From assembly GCA_938048755.1 (NCBI GenBank), contig CALIUG010000048.1, positions 1-60,370 of the forward strand: a stretch of 60,370 nt of DNA, read 5' to 3'. The DNA comes from an uncultured Alphaproteobacteria bacterium. Lineage in GTDB: Bacteria; Pseudomonadota; Alphaproteobacteria; SP197. A program made the position numbers and the translations under genes. Of the stretch, positions 57,075-60,370 are shown one piece after another (the stretch's first letter is position 1; each line of letters opens with the position of its first letter). The notes below the pieces were generated by a model, which saw nothing but the letters and a program-made list of their open reading frames with translations, did not search any database and had not been told where the DNA came from.

Positions 57075-58409
57075 GCCTGCGCCCAGCGCGGCCATGACAT
57101 CGCCGGCGACCCGTTCACCCGACATGTAGGCACCGCCACAGGTCACGGAGTATTTGCCGGCCAGTGCTTCGCCCGCCAGATAGACCCTGCCGTCCAGAGG
57201 TTCCGCCATGGCGGCGCGGGCACCGTGGAAGCCTGGTCGCTCGGAGGCATAGGAGCCCCGGACCAGCGGGTCGTAGGCCCAGTTCGTGAAGTCGCCCTTG
57301 ATGAAGTGCTGGTCGACCTTTTCACCAAAGATCTTGCGCAGTTCGCCAAGCGCGAAATCGACGGCTGCATCGGGGCCCGCAGCAGAGAGTTCCCAACCGA
57401 ACTTGCCACCCACCAGACCGACCATCAGATCCATGTTGAACGGCCAGGTAAGGAAATAGCAGGCCTGGGCCGGCATCTCCTCGGGCACCTTGTAGGCCAG
57501 CCACTCGTTGGACTTGAGGCCGAAATGGTAACCGTCGAACAGCAGCGGTACCTTGGCCAACAGACCCATGGGCATGTTCCCGATGGCGCCAAGCGTGGCA
57601 TCGGGCAGGCCGGGCGTGAAACGGATGGTCTCGGCGGCCAGAACACCGGTCGAGACCGTCACGATCACGGCCTTGGCGCTGATGCTTCCTGCCGCACTTT
57701 CGATACGTACTGAGGGACCGGTGTCATCGATGGCCGTGACCGGCGCGTTCAAGGTGACCGGAAGGTCCGCGCCGAACCGCGCCACCACGGTGCCAAAGCC
57801 CTCCTAGACTTCCAGGTTTGGTTTGGTCGTGGAAAGCGACCACCAGTCGACCGGGGAAAGATCGGCAAAATCCATGCCCATGCTCATGGGGCCGGTCCAG
57901 GTCTGGCTCACGCCACTCCAGGGAATACCGTTGGGCCTGACCTCGGAGGCCGGAACGTCCATTCAGGCTTCACCGGCATCAGACAGACCTGCGCGTGTCC
58001 GCCGCCATCCACGGTCATAGGCCGACCATCCCGAGCTGGTGGGCGGGCGGTGACCAACAAACATCGCCTCCCCGGCACCGTCATGGCTTTCCAGGGTTAA
58101 GCCGTAGTCACGCGCATAGGGCGTGTAGGGATTCACATCGGATGAGTGAATCCAGGAACAGCCACGATCAAAAGGCAGGCCAAAGGTGGTTGTATCGGTA
58201 TGGGCACGCCCGCCGATGCGCGACGCCGCCTCGAGAACCGTGACACTGTATCCCGCATTGATCAGCGTATGGGCCGCAGCGAGACCAGCCGAGCCGGCGC
58301 CGACGATTGCAACGTCGACATCTCCCGTGGCAGCGCGCACGACAGCAGGTGTCGCCAAAGTGGCAGATGCTGTAGAAAGGAAGCCGCGACGGCTGAGGTT
58401 CAGGGACAT
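57072..58409 (-). pseudogene. Tat-exported flavin monoamine-oxidase-family gene with two in-frame stops
   Basis: SRRGFL Tat motif, IVGAGSAG, EA..RIGGR, C-terminal GSYA, LAGEA, TCGGAYMSG. One frame throughout with TGA at 57963-65 and TAG at 57804-06. Confidence 0.85.
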
Positions 58410-58484
58410 GGGACACGCTCCTGTTATCGGAATCTTAAGGACTTTCCGTCTGTGATGGAGATTACGGCATGGCGACGACAGAAT

Positions 58485-58500
58485 GTTAAACAAATTTTAC
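58485..58500 (-). promoter_or_regulatory. Possible CtrA-like box in an AT-rich divergent promoter region
   Basis: - strand reads GTAA-N7-TTAAC, 8/9 match to TTAA-N7-TTAAC. Confidence 0.35.
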
Positions 58501-58528
58501 ATTATTGGGATTTGAAAGAGCTGCTGCG

Positions 58529-59458
58529 ATGACCAACCAGCACGCCATTGCCGTCCTGATTCCCTGCTTCAACGAAGCGGTCGCCATCGGGCGTGTCATC
58601 GATGACTTTCGTGCCGCGCTGCCTGATGCGCGCATCTATGTCTTCGACAACAACTCGACCGATGACACGGTGTCTGTTGCTTCGGACCATGGCGCGGAGG
58701 TCCGCAGCGAAAGCCGCCAGGGCAAGGGCAATGTGGTGCGCCGCATGTTCTCGGATATCGAAGCCGATCTCTATGTCCTGGTGGATGGGGACGGCACCTA
58801 TGACGCGGCCAGTGCTCGGACTCTGGTGGATCACCTCTTGGAGAACCATCTCGACATGGTGATCGCCTCCAGAATTGCCGACGGTGATCTTGCCTACAGG
58901 CCCGGCCATGTCATGGGCAATCGGCTGCTGACCACTCTGGCCGCCCGGTTGTTCGGGCATCGCCTTGACGACATGCTTTCGGGCTACCGTGTGTTCTCGC
59001 GCCGTTTCGTGAAGAGCTTTCCCGCACTCTCGCGCGGGTTCGAGACCGAAACCGAACTGACGGTCCATGCTCTTGCCTTGCGCATGCCTTTTGCCGAGGT
59101 GGCAACACCTTATCGCAGCAGGCCGGAGGGTTCGGCCAGCAAGCTGAACACCTGGCGCGATGGTTTCCGCATTCTGTTTGCGATCTTCATGCTGGTGAAG
59201 GAGGAGCGGCCCCTGCCGTTCTTTGCCGTATTGGGAACGCTCTTCTGCCTGGTCTCGCTGATCCTGGGATACCCTGTCGTCACCGAATGGCTGCAGACCG
59301 GCCTCGTGCCACGCATCCCCACGGCGATTCTTGCCACAGGGCTGATGCTGCTTGGTTTCCTCAGCTATGCCAGCGGCCTCATTCTCGACACCGTGACCCA
59401 CGGACGCATAGAGGCCAAGCGTCTGGCCTATCTTGCCCAGCGTGGCCCCGATGGCTGA
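58529..59458 (+). CDS. Glycosyltransferase family 2, GtrB/polyprenol-phosphate glycosyltransferase-like
   Basis: LIPCFNE, DNNSTD, QGKG, VDGDGTY, DMLSGYR, FETETE, YRSR, two C-terminal TM helices. Confidence 0.88.
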   Translation: MTNQHAIAVLIPCFNEAVAIGRVIDDFRAALPDARIYVFDNNSTDDTVSVASDHGAEVRSESRQGKGNVVRRMFSDIEADLYVLVDGDGTYDAASARTLVDHLLENHLDMVIASRIADGDLAYRPGHVMGNRLLTTLAARLFGHRLDDMLSGYRVFSRRFVKSFPALSRGFETETELTVHALALRMPFAEVATPYRSRPEGSASKLNTWRDGFRILFAIFMLVKEERPLPFFAVLGTLFCLVSLILGYPVVTEWLQTGLVPRIPTAILATGLMLLGFLSYASGLILDTVTHGRIEAKRLAYLAQRGPDG

Positions 59459-59900
59459 GTATCTGGTCGATCCCGACGATCCCGAGGAGTATCGTCGCGT
59501 CATGCTGGAGCGCCAATTCGTCTTCTATTGCGCGGTCGGAGCCATGGGCTTTCTGGTCGATGCTGCGGTGCTCTGGCTCATCCTGCACTTTACCGAGATG
59601 GGCCCTCTGGTTGCGCGCCTGCTGTCCTATCTGGGTGCGGCGACGACCACTTGGATGCTGCACAGGCATCTGACCTTCCCGGCCGCACGGAGGCATCGAA
59701 AGGTCAGGCAATGGTTCGCCTTTGTTATCGTCAATGGTGCCGGGGCACTGCTGAACTACGGCATCTACGCGCTTCTCGTCCTTTATGTCGGCTTCTTTGG
59801 TGATCATCCCGTCGCTGCGGTCGCCGTGGGATCGGCGATCGCATTTGTCGTGAACTTCTGGGCCAACAAGACCTGGGTCTTCCGTGCGTCTCCAGGCTGA
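59451..59900 (+). CDS. GtrA family protein
   Basis: Four TM helices, VGAMGFLVD, LHRHLTF, NYGIY, NFWANKTWVF. Confidence 0.85.
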   Translation: MAEYLVDPDDPEEYRRVMLERQFVFYCAVGAMGFLVDAAVLWLILHFTEMGPLVARLLSYLGAATTTWMLHRHLTFPAARRHRKVRQWFAFVIVNGAGALLNYGIYALLVLYVGFFGDHPVAAVAVGSAIAFVVNFWANKTWVFRASPG

Positions 59901-60370
59901 AGTTCTCGCCGCCATCCTGCTGACGGTTACCCTGCATGCCCTTGTGCTCCTGCTGGCATCGCCGGACGTTCTTGAGGGCAGGCTGGTTGATTCCGACTGT
60001 TACCTGCGCCTGATGCGCATCGAAATCCTGCTGTCGGGCGGCGGCTGGTATGACGGCCATGTCCCGCTGCTCAACGCCCCTCATGGCCTGGAGATGCACT
60101 GGACCCGGCTTTTTGACGTCCTGATCCTTCTCCTGACGCTGCCCTTGATGGCATTCTTGGCACTGCCGGACGCTCTGTTCTGGGCTGGCGCTCTGATCAG
60201 TCCCGTCCTGCATGTGGTTGCCGCAGGCCTGATTGCCTGGGCGGCAAGACCGCTTCTGGGCCGTGCAGGAACTCTCTTGGCGGTGGTCCTCTTCCTCTGT
60301 CAGGCATCGCTTTATGGCGTGTTCCAGGTCGGACGCGCTGATCATCACCGTGCAGGGCATCGCGGCGGGC
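59884..60370 (+). CDS. GT-C / STT3-like multi-TM glycosyltransferase, 3' end outside window (absent from ORF track)
   Basis: Manual translation from GTG 59884 gives a TM helix, DSDCYLRL, WYD...NAPHGLEMHWTRLFD, further TM helices, GRADHH. No stop before the window end. Confidence 0.7.
   Translation, partial: MRLQAEVLAAILLTVTLHALVLLLASPDVLEGRLVDSDCYLRLMRIEILLSGGGWYDGHVPLLNAPHGLEMHWTRLFDVLILLLTLPLMAFLALPDALFWAGALISPVLHVVAAGLIAWAARPLLGRAGTLLAVVLFLCQASLYGVFQVGRADHHRAGHRGG

Noticed and set aside
57804-57965. Stop-codon recoding (Sec, Pyl or alternative genetic code)
   Set aside because: TGA, TAG and TAA all end normal genes in this window, the three internal stops are all different codons, and none is at a catalytic Cys-like position.
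1-60370. CRISPR arrays, tRNA/rRNA genes, transposases, integrases, prophage or defence genes
   Set aside because: None seen by eye. Intergenic spaces are short and the coding space is accounted for. A covariance-model search was not run.

Overview
GC-rich bacterial DNA, probably Alphaproteobacteria (inferred from the DUF2849-cysI-DUF934 arrangement and an alphaproteobacterial-style intergenic palindrome). Bases 1-50514 form one tightly packed, almost entirely + strand surface-glycan biosynthesis island of about 45 genes. It contains (i) a pseudaminic-acid-type pathway (pseB, pseC, pseG-GNAT fusion, pseI, amidotransferase/HisH/HisF triad) flanked by two oxidoreductase + aminotransferase + SpsF-like cytidylyltransferase triads, (ii) a complete set of homologues of the Campylobacter Cj1415-Cj1418 phosphoramidate precursor pathway, with an SGNH gene and a Thr-nucleophile alkaline-phosphatase-superfamily gene inserted in it, (iii) a second ulosonic-acid module (NeuB-cupin fusion, HAD phosphatase, NeuA), and (iv) an ABC flippase, three HP-motif GT-B proteins, GT4/GT2 enzymes, two AsnB-like amidotransferases and five methyltransferases. 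The rest holds an MBL hydrolase, YceI, a sulfite/nitrite reductase cluster, a doubly interrupted Tat flavin oxidase gene, and a GtrB/GtrA/GT-C-like triad running off the window end. All calls come from motif reading and recalled family knowledge; no database search was run.
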